A stretch of 64,000 bases of DNA from a bacterium (GTDB taxonomy: Bacteria; UBA8248; JACPRG01; G963555815): the NCBI GenBank assembly GCA_965261595.1, contig CBDHDG010000005.1:96001-160000 (forward strand), read 5' to 3'. Position 1 is the first letter of the stretch. The number at the start of each line of letters is the position of its first letter. Position numbers and translations under genes: made by a program. The notes below the pieces were generated by a model. It did not search any database, had not been told where the DNA came from, and saw only the letters and a program-made list of their open reading frames with translations. Shown here in pieces: positions 1 to 9,901 of the stretch.

Positions 1-1414
1 AAGTTTCATGATCTCTGGAATTGGTCAGATCTTGAAAGAAAACGATTATATCAGAATGAGTAGGAGCTATTGCACCTTCCCTGGAAAAGACTTGAATACG
101 AGCCAAAATAATCTGAACCGCTTCTGATTGGGAAGAAACTTTTTGCAGATAGCTGCAATACTCGTCTAGATTATTAATGGAGGTCTTATCGTCAAGATTG
201 ATGGCATCATGCAAGCGTTTGACGATAGATTCAACTTCCCTGCTTATGCTAGCAGAGGTTAACCATATCTTGAGAAACGTCAAAAAGAACGGGATTCGTC
301 TGTTATCCGTTGTGATACGCATTTCTCTCCAGATGCGGAAAATGCGCTCTGTAATTTCCCAGGAAGAACGTTTCCGAGGGGGTGACTTGATTTGTCGGAC
401 ATAACCCAATTCGCGAAGGCGGCCCAATTGGGTTGTCACTTGGCGCACTCCGATTCCGGATTTTCGGGCTAGGGCGGTTGGTGAAGTAGGGCCATTCATC
501 ATGGCCATCGTATCAATTAGCTTTCGTTGTTGAGAGGCCAGGCGATTCATCCTGTCCTGATAGAATGGTGTCAGCTCATCGAGAAGCTCTTGAAGCGCCT
601 CTTTCGCCTCAATGAATTCCGACTCGGCAAAGATTCGGTAGACCATCAGGATCAGCCTGGGAATCCCGCCGGTTAGTTGGGTGGTGGCAAGGATCCTCGG
701 GCGCAGGTCATCGAATTGGTCCAGGAGGTCCTGTCGGCCGTCAAGCTCCGCCCTTTTTCGGATCAGTGTCTCTACTTCATCGGAGTCGAGCTCTTCAAGG
801 ATTTCGATGTCAAAGAATTCATAGAATGACTGACCGTGGTTGATGATTTGCTCAAATACGGACGGCGCGCCGCCGATGAGAAGGATCGTTCCATCCGTCA
901 TGAGGACATCGCGCAGTCTGGCCGTGTCTATCTCACCAAGCTGGTCCAGAATCCGGTCGAAGTTATCGATGAGCAAAAGGATCTGCCGGCCGGAGTCTCT
1001 TAATTTGTGCAGATAGCTCAAGGCTCTGTCGGTCAGAGCATCGGCGCTCATGGAACCCGCTTCATCGAGGATGGCTTTCGCCTCGGAATCTCCTGTGTCC
1101 TTGGATATTTCTTCTACGATGCGTAACAGGAAATCGCCGATACTTGAAATCGAGTATTCCTCTTCATTGAACCGGACGGGTATCCATTTTTGGCTGAGTC
1201 CAGGGTCTTCTTTGACCGCGTAATAGAGGAGCAACAAGAGGTGGGTTTTGCCGATTCCGCGTTGGCCGATGAGGATGTAGTTCGTAAAGGTCTTCTTGCC
1301 GGAGGATTCCTTGATCTTTTTCAGAAGGTCTTCCAGCAGGGCCTCCCGGCCGACGAGCATTTGCCGAAGCTCTTCTTTGTCGATGAGCGTGGGATTGTAG
1401 ACCAACTGCGCCAT
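1..1414 (-). CDS. P-loop (STAND/AAA-like) ATPase with winged-HTH region, partial (runs off window start)
   Basis: Not in the ORF track; translated by hand from ATG 1414: MAQLVYNPTLIDKEELRQMLVGRE...ILIGQRGIGKT (Walker A)...LLLIDNFD (Walker B)...LTGGIPR...SPTALARKSG..QLGRLRELGYV (HTH-like); open to the window edge. Confidence 0.85.
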   Translation of the reverse strand, partial: MAQLVYNPTLIDKEELRQMLVGREALLEDLLKKIKESSGKKTFTNYILIGQRGIGKTHLLLLLYYAVKEDPGLSQKWIPVRFNEEEYSISSIGDFLLRIVEEISKDTGDSEAKAILDEAGSMSADALTDRALSYLHKLRDSGRQILLLIDNFDRILDQLGEIDTARLRDVLMTDGTILLIGGAPSVFEQIINHGQSFYEFFDIEILEELDSDEVETLIRKRAELDGRQDLLDQFDDLRPRILATTQLTGGIPRLILMVYRIFAESEFIEAKEALQELLDELTPFYQDRMNRLASQQRKLIDTMAMMNGPTSPTALARKSGIGVRQVTTQLGRLRELGYVRQIKSPPRKRSSWEITERIFRIWREMRITTDNRRIPFFLTFLKIWLTSASISREVESIVKRLHDAINLDDKTSINNLDEYCSYLQKVSSQSEAVQIILARIQVFSREGAIAPTHSDIIVFFQDLTNSRDHET

Positions 1415-1423
1415 GCGCTTTCC

Positions 1424-2626
1424 TCAGTCCAGGAGGCCGTAGTGCCGGAGCCACCAGTCCCTCAAGACCTTCGAGGCCATCGTGTATTTCTTTTGCGTTT
1501 CGTCGAAGCGAATGTAGAAATCCTTCTCCATCTCCGTCAGGAGGAGGCTGAAAGCCTCCGGGTTCATGGGGTGGCCGATGGCCTTCGTGCAGTGCGCCTG
1601 GAGAATGTCCCGCGGGATGAATTCCACCGGTGCGAGGGCCTTGATGATGGCCTGCGCGGCCTTTCGTGTCGGACCATCGTAATATCTCTTCAGCCGCTGG
1701 AAGAAATAATCGAAATGGTTCCGGCTGTGCGGCCCTAGAACGCGCTCCCGGTATGCCCGCTCAATGGATTCTGTCGTGACTTGAATCCCTTCGAGCCTTT
1801 TCGATTTGGCCAGCTGGTTGAGGAGGAGGACGAGGAACATCGGCACGGCCTCGCCAATCGTGTCCAGTATCGCGGCGATGTTCTCGGAGGTCAGGGCCAG
1901 CCCCTCGGTCGCTGAGATGATTTCACAGAACGCCTCGGCGGTCTCCCGCGAGAAGGGATCGATCGGAATGGTCTCGACGTCGTTCAAGGTGTGGGTCGCC
2001 GAGAGGCGGACGAGCAGACGATCCATGCCGATGGAGCCGCCCAGAAGAAACCGGTTCCGGCCCAGGATGTCCGGGTTTTGCCGCAGGCTGCGAAACCAGT
2101 CCAGAAGGAGACCGGCTTCTTTTTCATCCCTTTCCGCGACTCGCTGGATCATCCAGGGAAATTCGTCGAGGATGACGAGATGGCGGACGGATTCTTCTCG
2201 TAAGCCTCTGACAAGGTGTTGACCCAACTCGAACCAGTCTCTTTCCAGGGGTTCACGGATCTTTGTCTTGAATTCCCAGATTTCAATCTCGTCGATCTCT
2301 TCTTTGAAATCCGCCCAAATTTTCGTAACGGTTTCCTTGAACTTGCCGAGGGGAAGAAGCGCCGCCGTAAGCTCGGTGAGCAGTTTCGCGGGGGTGTCGA
2401 TGGCCTCGACATCCAGGAACACGGGCGTCCATCCCTCTCGGGGCCGGTCCCTGAGGGCCATCATCACGCTGGTTTTCCTGAATCTCCTGGGAGCGGTCAG
2501 AAAAACGTGGTTTCTTTCCAGCCGCTCCCAGATCAGGTCGATCACCTCATCCCGGCCGAACAGGTCCGAGTCCGTCGCGGGACTTCCGACGATGAGCCTG
2601 GGCTTTCCTTTTGCGCTATTCGACAT
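1424..2626 (-). CDS. AAA/archaeal-ATPase-family ATP-binding protein with variant Walker A
   Basis: DLFGR, APRRFRKTS (usually APRRFGKTS), LVILDEFP Walker B, GGSIG, C-terminal LRDWW; stop is 9 nt before the next ATPase. Confidence 0.85.
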   Translation of the reverse strand: MSNSAKGKPRLIVGSPATDSDLFGRDEVIDLIWERLERNHVFLTAPRRFRKTSVMMALRDRPREGWTPVFLDVEAIDTPAKLLTELTAALLPLGKFKETVTKIWADFKEEIDEIEIWEFKTKIREPLERDWFELGQHLVRGLREESVRHLVILDEFPWMIQRVAERDEKEAGLLLDWFRSLRQNPDILGRNRFLLGGSIGMDRLLVRLSATHTLNDVETIPIDPFSRETAEAFCEIISATEGLALTSENIAAILDTIGEAVPMFLVLLLNQLAKSKRLEGIQVTTESIERAYRERVLGPHSRNHFDYFFQRLKRYYDGPTRKAAQAIIKALAPVEFIPRDILQAHCTKAIGHPMNPEAFSLLLTEMEKDFYIRFDETQKKYTMASKVLRDWWLRHYGLLD

Positions 2627-2659
2627 ATCCCATCACCTGTCGACATATCCCATCACCTG
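2620..2659. repeat. Perfect 20-bp tandem duplication covering the RBS and start codon
   Basis: TCGACATATCCCATCACCTG at 2620-2639 and 2640-2659. Confidence 0.95.
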
Positions 2660-2675
2660 GATATCACAACAAAAC

Positions 2676-2744
2676 TGATGTACATCAAATCTGTTGTACA
2701 ACATATTTGTTGACTACATATGCAACAATTTTGTTATATGTCAA
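2676..2744 (-). promoter_or_regulatory. Putative promoter/operator region of the ATPase pair
   Basis: Palindromes TGATGTACATCA (2676-2687) and TGTTGTACAACA (2692-2703); minus-strand TTGACA at 2744-2739; AT-rich. Confidence 0.5.
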
Positions 2745-2908
2745 GAGGGAGGCGTGATTTGTGATGTAATCGTATATCTTACAATGAGTTGTATTTGATT
2801 CAGATCAAGCAGCCGGCCTGCGGGAAACCGGGTCGAGGCGCAATGGCGCGAGGACTTCTCCCATATCGAGAGGTCTTTCAGCAGCATTTTGGCCGATATT
2901 AAGGTTTT

Positions 2909-3354
2909 TCATCCCCCGGCCTTCGCCGCCAGGGATTCGTAGCTCACGCCGTCTCCGTTGTCCGCGCTTACCGGAAGGCCGAGCTCCGCCCAGCCCTGGG
3001 CGATGGTTTGGCCGGACTCGTCTTTCATCCCGCCGAATCCCCCCCGGATGTTGGCCACGTTCCGATAGCCCGCCTGGACGAGGATCTCCGCGGCCTTCTG
3101 GGAGCGCATCCCCACCTGACAGCCCATCACCAGTCTGGCGTCCTTGGGGAAGTGGGCTTCGACCACCTTGAAGAAATCGGGGTTCTCAACCATCCCCCCC
3201 GCTCGGCGTCGAAGTGCAGGACGGGGATGTTGACCGCCCCCTCGGGATGTCCCTGGGTGAACTCCGGGACCGACCGGACGTCGATGTAGCGCTCCTTCTC
3301 CTCGCCGTGCATCCGGCCGTGTGCGTCTTCGGGCGTGATCTGCGGAATGTCCAT
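2909..3354 (-). pseudogene. Rhodanese-like protein, frameshifted at a G7 run
   Basis: N-half YIDVRSVPEFTQGHPEGAVNIP and C-half VMGCQVGMRS...GY..V.NI.GGF are in different frames, joined at the C7 run 3194-3200. Confidence 0.85.
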
Positions 3355-3545
3355 GGCGAACCTCCCCGTTGATGGTGTGTCTCGTCAATGGGTTGAACTA
3401 TCGAGGCCGGCCTTGTCCCTTCCTGCCGGTCGGTCGGTGGAAAGCCGGGCGTCGTTCCCATCCTCGTTTCTATTCTACCGGCTAAATCCCCAACGGGTAA
3501 GCGGGGGAGGGGGGAGGGGGCGAGCGGAGGTCCGATATACCGCTG

Positions 3546-5090
3546 TCACTGAGTCCGGCGCTTCCGCTTGTGTCCGAGCGCCACGAGGAACATCACGCTT
3601 TTTCCCCGAGCGTGGGGCGAGAAGAACCCGGTCACGTCATCGTCGAAGAAGGTCAGCCCCGTCGCCCCGAGCCTTTGCGCGTAGGCGGCCAGATAGAGCT
3701 TTCCGCCGAGGATTCCCGCTTCGAGCTGGGCCGCCCGGTAGCCCCGGTTCCCGAAGCGCTCCAGAATCGGCTCCAGGTCCAGCAGGAAATATACGTTCAA
3801 GGCGGCGTCCGCGGGCAGCGATTGGCCCAGGTCGAGGTGTCCGGCCCGGTTCCTGAAATCCCCCGCTTCCAGGAGCTCGAGGATCTTTTCCTTCGGGTGA
3901 TACACGTATTTGCCCGGGGGGATTCCCTCCACGGCGTGGACGATGAGGTAGACATCATTCAAAAGGACGCCGGGCGGGTCCAGAAAGTCCGCGGGAAAGC
4001 CGGTGATCGCCCGGTCCAGCGCGGTCGAGAGCTGCTCGAAGGAGATCGGCTCGCGGGCGAATGCCCTGGCGGACCCCCGCCGGATGATGACGTCGCCAAG
4101 GCGGTCGTCCACATCCCCGAGGCGCCGCGCGGGTTCCAGGGGAAATGTCTTTCCCGCGGCCGGCGGAGGCGCCGGCGCCGGCGCCTTTCCGCGCCATGCG
4201 ACGGCCTCGGCGGCCGAGGCCAGCGAGGAGGCCGCATGAATCTCGCCCATGGCCGGATAGTCGACCCGCCGCCCAGAGAGCGGGAGGGTTTCCAGATTCC
4301 GGGGGCGGATCTCAGGCGGCTCCGGGAGGGGTTCGGCCGGCGGACTTTCCGCCCCGCCGAGCGGGATCAGGGAGAGGGCCGCCTCTCGTCCCTCCTCCAG
4401 ATCGAGAAGACGGTTCACCTCATCGTCCACGAAGCCGCAGACCACCTTGGCGGGAACGCCGTAGCCGGCGGCCGCGGCCAGGAGATTCGCGAGGATGGTT
4501 CCGTTGTCCCACCCGCAGTGCCGGTAGGCCCGGGCGCGATATTTCCAGGCGTTTCGCCAATAGGTCGAAGCGGAGACCAGGATCGCGGGCGAATGTCCCA
4601 CGGACGGCTCCTCCCCGCTGGCGCGGACCAGACAGGAGCGGTGGTCGCCGGATCGGAGCCTGCCGAGCGCGAAATCCTGCGGACTGAAATGGTAGACCCC
4701 CGCATCGAGACCGGGCAGATCGCCGCAGACCAGATAGAGATCGATGTGATAAAGCGCCCCGGTGCAGGCGGCGGCCCGGAAGTACTGCTCGCCTCCCGGG
4801 TAACTGCGTTTCTTGGTGATCCCGGCCGAAAGCAGGAGAAGCCGTCCCAAGGTTTTCAGGTCGGGGTTTGCGGTCGGTCCGGTCCCGGCGTGGGAGAGGG
4901 CCGACAGGGCGCCCATTTCGGAAGGTGGGAGATCCGTCGGAAAAGGGATGGGGTCCAGCCCCGGATACACCTTGAAAGGCAGCGGATGGTTTTCCCAGTC
5001 GAGGGGATGGGGGTCCGCCCGGATGCTCTGTACGGAGTGTTTGGTCCCCTCGTGATAATTTCGAGCGATTTGCGGATCCCGATTGTTCAT
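3546..5090 (-). CDS. SagB/ThcOx-type nitroreductase-family dehydrogenase (two domains)
   Basis: YHEGTKH, FRAAACTGALY, WKYRARAYRH, second domain RGSARAF...RGYRAAQLEAG...GATGLTFFDD. Confidence 0.9.
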   Translation of the reverse strand: MNNRDPQIARNYHEGTKHSVQSIRADPHPLDWENHPLPFKVYPGLDPIPFPTDLPPSEMGALSALSHAGTGPTANPDLKTLGRLLLLSAGITKKRSYPGGEQYFRAAACTGALYHIDLYLVCGDLPGLDAGVYHFSPQDFALGRLRSGDHRSCLVRASGEEPSVGHSPAILVSASTYWRNAWKYRARAYRHCGWDNGTILANLLAAAAGYGVPAKVVCGFVDDEVNRLLDLEEGREAALSLIPLGGAESPPAEPLPEPPEIRPRNLETLPLSGRRVDYPAMGEIHAASSLASAAEAVAWRGKAPAPAPPPAAGKTFPLEPARRLGDVDDRLGDVIIRRGSARAFAREPISFEQLSTALDRAITGFPADFLDPPGVLLNDVYLIVHAVEGIPPGKYVYHPKEKILELLEAGDFRNRAGHLDLGQSLPADAALNVYFLLDLEPILERFGNRGYRAAQLEAGILGGKLYLAAYAQRLGATGLTFFDDDVTGFFSPHARGKSVMFLVALGHKRKRRTQ

Positions 5091-5183
5091 GGGTTCTCCC
5101 GTGACGGCCCTCCCCATCCGGGCGCGCCGGCAAGGGCTGGTCCTGTAGAGCCGGCCCGAATCCCCCCCCCTGCGGATTTTATT

Positions 5184-5492
5184 TCAGACTTCGATCAAGA
5201 TGTCGTCGCCCTCCAGGCGGACCGGGTAGCACGAGACGCCGGACGGGGCGGGGGCGCTGAGGGCATCGCCGCTCTCGATGTTGAACCGGGCCCCGTGCCA
5301 GGGACAAGTCACTTCGTTTCCTTCCACCTCGCCTTCAGACAGCGGTCCTCCCTTATGCGTACACGAATCGTCGATGGCGCAGTAGCCTTTTTCCGTGCGG
5401 ATCAGGGCAATGCGCTTGCCCCCCGCTTCCACAAGCTTACATGAGTCCTCCGAGAGATCACCGACCTTGGCGACTTTGGCAAATTCACCCAT
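5184..5492 (-). CDS. Rieske [2Fe-2S] ferredoxin
   Basis: CTHKGGPL and CPWHGARF Rieske ligand motifs. Confidence 0.95.
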   Translation of the reverse strand: MGEFAKVAKVGDLSEDSCKLVEAGGKRIALIRTEKGYCAIDDSCTHKGGPLSEGEVEGNEVTCPWHGARFNIESGDALSAPAPSGVSCYPVRLEGDDILIEV

Positions 5493-5753
5493 GTTTGGTC
5501 TCCTTGCTGATCCGTCCGGCCCGTCGGATTCCGGGACCGGGTATGTTGGCTCCTTTCTCTTCCGCGCCGCCGACGGATTCTCCCCGCCGTCGCCTCAGTG
5601 GGGTGGGAGACCCCTCCAAAGACGGGAGCCGCCTTGTGGTCCGGAAGAGACGCTTGATCCATTATACCCGGATTTCTCACCAACCAAAGGACGCAAGGGG
5701 TGGCGGGGGGTCGATGTCCAATAGCGGGTCCACCCGTTCCCGAGAGCGGCCAC

Positions 5754-6521
5754 TTATTGGGCTTTCCCGCCCCCCAGCAGCCTTCCGAAGCCCTCGACCG
5801 GCCCGCTGCGACCCAGGGCGTTCAGCGCCTTGTAGAGGATGGGGTTGAACTGCGTGAGGACGGGGACGGCTAATTCCGCCTCCAGCTTTTCGATCGTGTC
5901 CGAGGCCCCGTGCCAGAGGGGGCAGGAAAGGTAGATGGCCTCCGCGCCGGGCGCCGCCAGGAAGACCTCTTTTCCCTTCTCGTAGGGGGTGTCCTCCCGG
6001 AGGGCGTGGATTTCCCCGTGGCTGTTGGTGTGGTACCCGGAGATGGCTGTGACCTCCAGGCCCGCCGCCTCCAGGTAGCCCCGAATATGCTCGTTCTGGT
6101 CGTCCCGGTGAGGGGTCCCCACTGCGACCTTCTTGACCCCCATGTCCTCGAGGGTCTCTGTCACGGCCGTCATGGCGGTCGTTGCGGATTTTCCGGTGGC
6201 CTCTTCGATCGACCTTTCCAGCTCCTTTGTCCAGCGGGGACCCATCGCCGCCTGGATCAGGTCGCCCGTGACGGCGAAGAAATCGGGCGACTGGTATCGC
6301 TGGAGCTGGAGGACATCCGCGATCACGCTGTCCCGCTGCCCCTTGAAGTCTTCCACGTCGAACTGTCCGGGGTGGAGCATCTTCAGCGCCCACGATGTGG
6401 TGTAGATGATCAGGTTGATGTCCGCGGGGACCATCCGGAAGAAATCCTGATAGGTTTTGTCCACGGTGCCCGGCGTCACCCAGCCGATGGTCGCCTTCCA
6501 ATCGTCGGTCCAGCCTCTCAT
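5754..6521 (-). CDS. Maleate isomerase / arylmalonate decarboxylase (Asp/Glu racemase) family protein
   Basis: IGWVTPG, KKVAVGTPH, YLEAAGLEV, AIYLSC, IEKLEAELAVPVLT. Confidence 0.8.
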   Translation of the reverse strand: MRGWTDDWKATIGWVTPGTVDKTYQDFFRMVPADINLIIYTTSWALKMLHPGQFDVEDFKGQRDSVIADVLQLQRYQSPDFFAVTGDLIQAAMGPRWTKELERSIEEATGKSATTAMTAVTETLEDMGVKKVAVGTPHRDDQNEHIRGYLEAAGLEVTAISGYHTNSHGEIHALREDTPYEKGKEVFLAAPGAEAIYLSCPLWHGASDTIEKLEAELAVPVLTQFNPILYKALNALGRSGPVEGFGRLLGGGKAQ

Positions 6522-6603
6522 GGCTTCTCTCCTTCTCTGGGATCTTCAAGGTGTTGGATGGGTTAAGCGTCACTTCCCCCCAACATACCGGAGAGAAATG
6601 CGT

Positions 6604-6720
6604 TCATGACTTCTCCCTGCTCTGCAACGCCGTCAGCATAATGACCGGAATGTCTTTGAGGGTCTCGTCCGTCCGGATTCTTTTCAGCATATTCAGGCCG
6701 TTCATGACCACATTCGCCAA
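6604..6720 (-). pseudogene. CheY-like receiver domain remnant
   Basis: Translates as MNGLNMLKRIRTDETLKDIPVIMLTA, a typical internal receiver segment, with no N- or C-terminal parts. Confidence 0.65.
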
Positions 6721-6776
6721 TCCGCCGGGATCACGTCCACGGTTGTCCTGTCAAGGTTTGTCACCGACATCCCCCG

Positions 6777-8684
6777 TCAACCTTCTCCCTCGACGGCGCC
6801 GACGAGCTCTGCGGGAGATGAGACCCGCTGCCACAAATAGAGCCCGACGAGGATGAGGATGCCCACCCCATCCGTCCAGAGGGAGCCGTTGAGAAGCGCC
6901 AGGGCCCCCAGGAGCAGAAGCCCCCGCTGCACAAGTGTCGCCGGGCGGACATAGAAGCCGGCCGTGAACGCGGCGAGACAGACAACCCCCAGCACGGCCG
7001 TCAGGACGGACCAGAAAATTCCGCCGGCGCTCCCCGCCAGAAGCAGGGAATTGTTGTACACGAAAAAGTAGGGTATGAGAAAACCGGCGAGCGAATATCG
7101 GAAGGCCAACCAGCCCGTCTTCCAGGGATCGCTCCCGGCGATGGGGGCCGCGGCGTAGGCGGCCAGGGCCACCGGCGGCGTCACGTTGCAGACAATCGCG
7201 AAGAAGAAGACGAACATGTGCGTGGCCATCGGACTGACGCCCATTTCCTCAAGGGCCGGCGCGCCCAGGGTGGCGACGATGATGTAAGCCCCCACGGTGG
7301 GCATCCCCATCCCGAGGATCAGGGAGGCGATCATCGTGAAGAACAGCGCCGCCAGGAGGTTCCCGCCGGAAAGGAGCTGAATGAGGTCGTTGAGCCGAAG
7401 GCCCAGGCCGGAGATCACGATGAACGAGACGAGGATTCCCGCGGCAGCCCCCGTAACGCCGACGGAGACGACCCCGCGGCCCGCGCGATCCAGGGCGTGG
7501 AGGAATTTCCTCGGCGTGATCCGGCTCTCCCGGCGAAAGACCGTCACCACCAGGACGACGAGGATCGCCCAGAACCCCGCCATGAGCGCGGTGTATCCCC
7601 GGACCAGGAAAAACACGATCGCGGCGACCGGGAGAAAGAGAAACCAGCCCTCCTTCAATACCGCACCAACCCGGGGCAATTCGGATTTCGGAAGTCCCTT
7701 GAGGCCCAGGCGCAGGCAGAGGAAGTGGACCACCATCCCCACCGAGAGGAAGTACAGGAGCGCCGGAATGATGGCGGCCTTCATCACCTCCAGGTACGGC
7801 ACACCCAAAATGGCCGCGATGACGAAGGCGGACGCTCCCATGATGGGCGGCATGATTTGCCCCCCGGTCGAGGCCGCGGCCTCAACGCCCCCGGCCATCT
7901 CCCCGCGGTACCCCATCCGCTTCATCATCGGGATGGTGAACGAGCCGGTCGTGACCACGTTGGCCGCGGAGCTTCCCGAAAGGGAGCCGATGAAGCCGCT
8001 CGACACCACCGCCACCTTGGCGGGGCCGCCCGAGAAGTGTCCCGCAATCGCGTTGGACAGGTTGATGAAGAAGTTGACCGCACCCGTCTCTTGGAGGAAA
8101 GAGGAGAAGATGACGAAGATGATGATGAAGGTCGAGAACACACCGAGGATGAGACCGTACAGGCCGTCCGTCGCCATGAAATTCAGCGTGATGATCTCCT
8201 CCACCGAGTAGCCGCCGTGGGCGATGGCCGTGGGAAAGTACCGGCCGAACATGGAGTACAAGAAGAAGAACAGGGTGAGGATCACCATGGCCCATCCCAC
8301 GGCCCTGCGCGTGGCCTCCAGCACCAAAACCAAGACCGCCCCACCCAGCCACAGGTCCAAATTCGTCGCCGCGCCCGCCCGGATCAGGATGTCGTCGCTG
8401 TTCGCAGCGCTGTAATACCCGATGACGACGACCAGAGCCAGGCAGAGGAGGTCCACCCCCAGGAACAAGCGGTTGTCCGGGGCTCTTTTGCTGAGGGGTT
8501 GAGTCAAAAAGACCAGCAGCAGGATGAACGAAACGTCCAGGGAACGCTGAAAATAGGACTCGAACACGCCGAAGTACGCCGTGTAGAGGTGAAAAACCAT
8601 GAAGACGACAGCCACCACCGTGGCCGTTCGGTTCCACCAGGACGCACCCGCCTTCCCCAGAGGTTTCGACGCCTTGTCCGCCAA
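6777..8684 (-). CDS. TRAP (TAXI) transporter fused 4TM/12TM permease
   Basis: GGPAKVAVVSS, SGSSAANVVTTG, EAAASTGGQIMPPIMG, LGMGMPT, VTPPVALAA. Confidence 0.95.
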   Translation of the reverse strand: MADKASKPLGKAGASWWNRTATVVAVVFMVFHLYTAYFGVFESYFQRSLDVSFILLLVFLTQPLSKRAPDNRLFLGVDLLCLALVVVIGYYSAANSDDILIRAGAATNLDLWLGGAVLVLVLEATRRAVGWAMVILTLFFFLYSMFGRYFPTAIAHGGYSVEEIITLNFMATDGLYGLILGVFSTFIIIFVIFSSFLQETGAVNFFINLSNAIAGHFSGGPAKVAVVSSGFIGSLSGSSAANVVTTGSFTIPMMKRMGYRGEMAGGVEAAASTGGQIMPPIMGASAFVIAAILGVPYLEVMKAAIIPALLYFLSVGMVVHFLCLRLGLKGLPKSELPRVGAVLKEGWFLFLPVAAIVFFLVRGYTALMAGFWAILVVLVVTVFRRESRITPRKFLHALDRAGRGVVSVGVTGAAAGILVSFIVISGLGLRLNDLIQLLSGGNLLAALFFTMIASLILGMGMPTVGAYIIVATLGAPALEEMGVSPMATHMFVFFFAIVCNVTPPVALAAYAAAPIAGSDPWKTGWLAFRYSLAGFLIPYFFVYNNSLLLAGSAGGIFWSVLTAVLGVVCLAAFTAGFYVRPATLVQRGLLLLGALALLNGSLWTDGVGILILVGLYLWQRVSSPAELVGAVEGEG

Positions 8685-8731
8685 GATCCACCTCCCGAGG
8701 AAAAGCGGCTCTCCGTTTCCGTTTCGCGAGC

Positions 8732-8756
8732 GCCGGGGGGATTCCCTCCCCCCGGC
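8732..8756 (-). other. GC-rich stem-loop between the TAXI binding protein and the permease
   Basis: GCCGGGGGGA-TTCCC-TCCCCCCGGC; no U tract, so probably a stabiliser or attenuator. Confidence 0.45.
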
Positions 8757-8786
8757 TCCTCGGAATCCAGGTCCGGGTGTCTTGCC

Positions 8787-9770
8787 CTATTCGGACCGAA
8801 CGGTGATCCCCTTTTCCTTGTAATAACGGGCAGCGCCGCGGTGGAAGGGGATGGGGACGCCGCTTGTGGCGGTCTTCCAGCTCATCTTTCTCAACCAGGC
8901 GAGCTTCTGGAAGGGCTTGGGGGTCTCGTAGATGGCCTTGGTGATCTTGTAGACCAGGTCGTCCGGCAGCTTGCTACTCGCGACAAGCATGTTGTTGTCG
9001 GAGATGGTCCAGGCGTCTTCGATCTGCCCCTTGTACATCCCCTTCGGGATCTTGACGGCGACATAGCCCGGGAAGTTGCTCACGAGCTTATCGGCAACAG
9101 CCTTCTTCATGCCCAGAACCCGGACCGGGAAGGAGGCCTCAAGCTGCATGATGAGGGGGTTGGGGATCGACTGGGCCAACTGGATCACGTCCACCTGCCG
9201 GTCCTTCATGAGGAGAACGGCATCGCTCCAGCCCACGTGGTGGACCTTTCCGCCGGACTTGCGGATCATCTCGAAGCTGAGCCCGTGGGCCGCAAGCATC
9301 CGCGCATAGGCCTGTGTAGAGCCCCAGCCCTTCTTTCCCGCGGAGGTCCGCTTCCCCTTGATGTCGTAGAAGGTCTTAATGGAGCTCTTGGCGGGCACGG
9401 TGATCGAAAAAACGGAATCCATATAGATTCCGATGGCCCGGAAATTCCGGTTGGGCTTCTTGAAAACGCCCTTTCCATTCCAGGCCTCGCCCGAAACACC
9501 CGTGTAGGTGAACCCCATCTGGATTTTACCGCTCTGGATGTTGCGGACGTTGGTGATGGCTCCCCCCGTCGTCACGGTGGAGATCACGCCGGGGATCTTG
9601 GCGTTGATGACGCTGGCGGTGATGGCCATGGTGGGGAACCACGAACCGCCCAGACTGGAGGCGCCGATCTTGAGAAAAGTCCTCTCCGCGGCAAGGGCGC
9701 CCGTCCCGGCAAAGCCGGTTAACCCCAGAAAACCTAAAGCCAGCAAAACGGTCATGATCTTTCGGTACAT
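8787..9770 (-). CDS. TAXI-family TRAP substrate-binding protein
   Basis: Signal peptide MYRKIMTVLLALGF, IGASSLGGSW, TTGGAITN, IPFHRGAARYY. Confidence 0.93.
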   Translation of the reverse strand: MYRKIMTVLLALGFLGLTGFAGTGALAAERTFLKIGASSLGGSWFPTMAITASVINAKIPGVISTVTTGGAITNVRNIQSGKIQMGFTYTGVSGEAWNGKGVFKKPNRNFRAIGIYMDSVFSITVPAKSSIKTFYDIKGKRTSAGKKGWGSTQAYARMLAAHGLSFEMIRKSGGKVHHVGWSDAVLLMKDRQVDVIQLAQSIPNPLIMQLEASFPVRVLGMKKAVADKLVSNFPGYVAVKIPKGMYKGQIEDAWTISDNNMLVASSKLPDDLVYKITKAIYETPKPFQKLAWLRKMSWKTATSGVPIPFHRGAARYYKEKGITVRSE

Positions 9771-9901
9771 TGTGACATCCTCCCTTTTCCGTCCCCCTCG
9801 AGAGCGAGAGTGAGCGGCCTTCCCCGACCGTTGGAGACGCAATTCCCCTTTGGGCCCTGGTAGAGTCAGAATGCGCATAATGCTAACATTATGTGATCAA
9901 A

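Noticed and set aside
3546..5090. RiPP (azole-peptide) cluster around the SagB-like gene
   Set aside because: No YcaO, precursor peptide or exporter nearby
3570..9722. Long plus-strand ORFs of 624 and 834 aa (and similar ones at 41844-43946 and 52265-54121)
   Set aside because: Antisense shadows of well-supported genes in high-GC DNA, with no recognisable motifs
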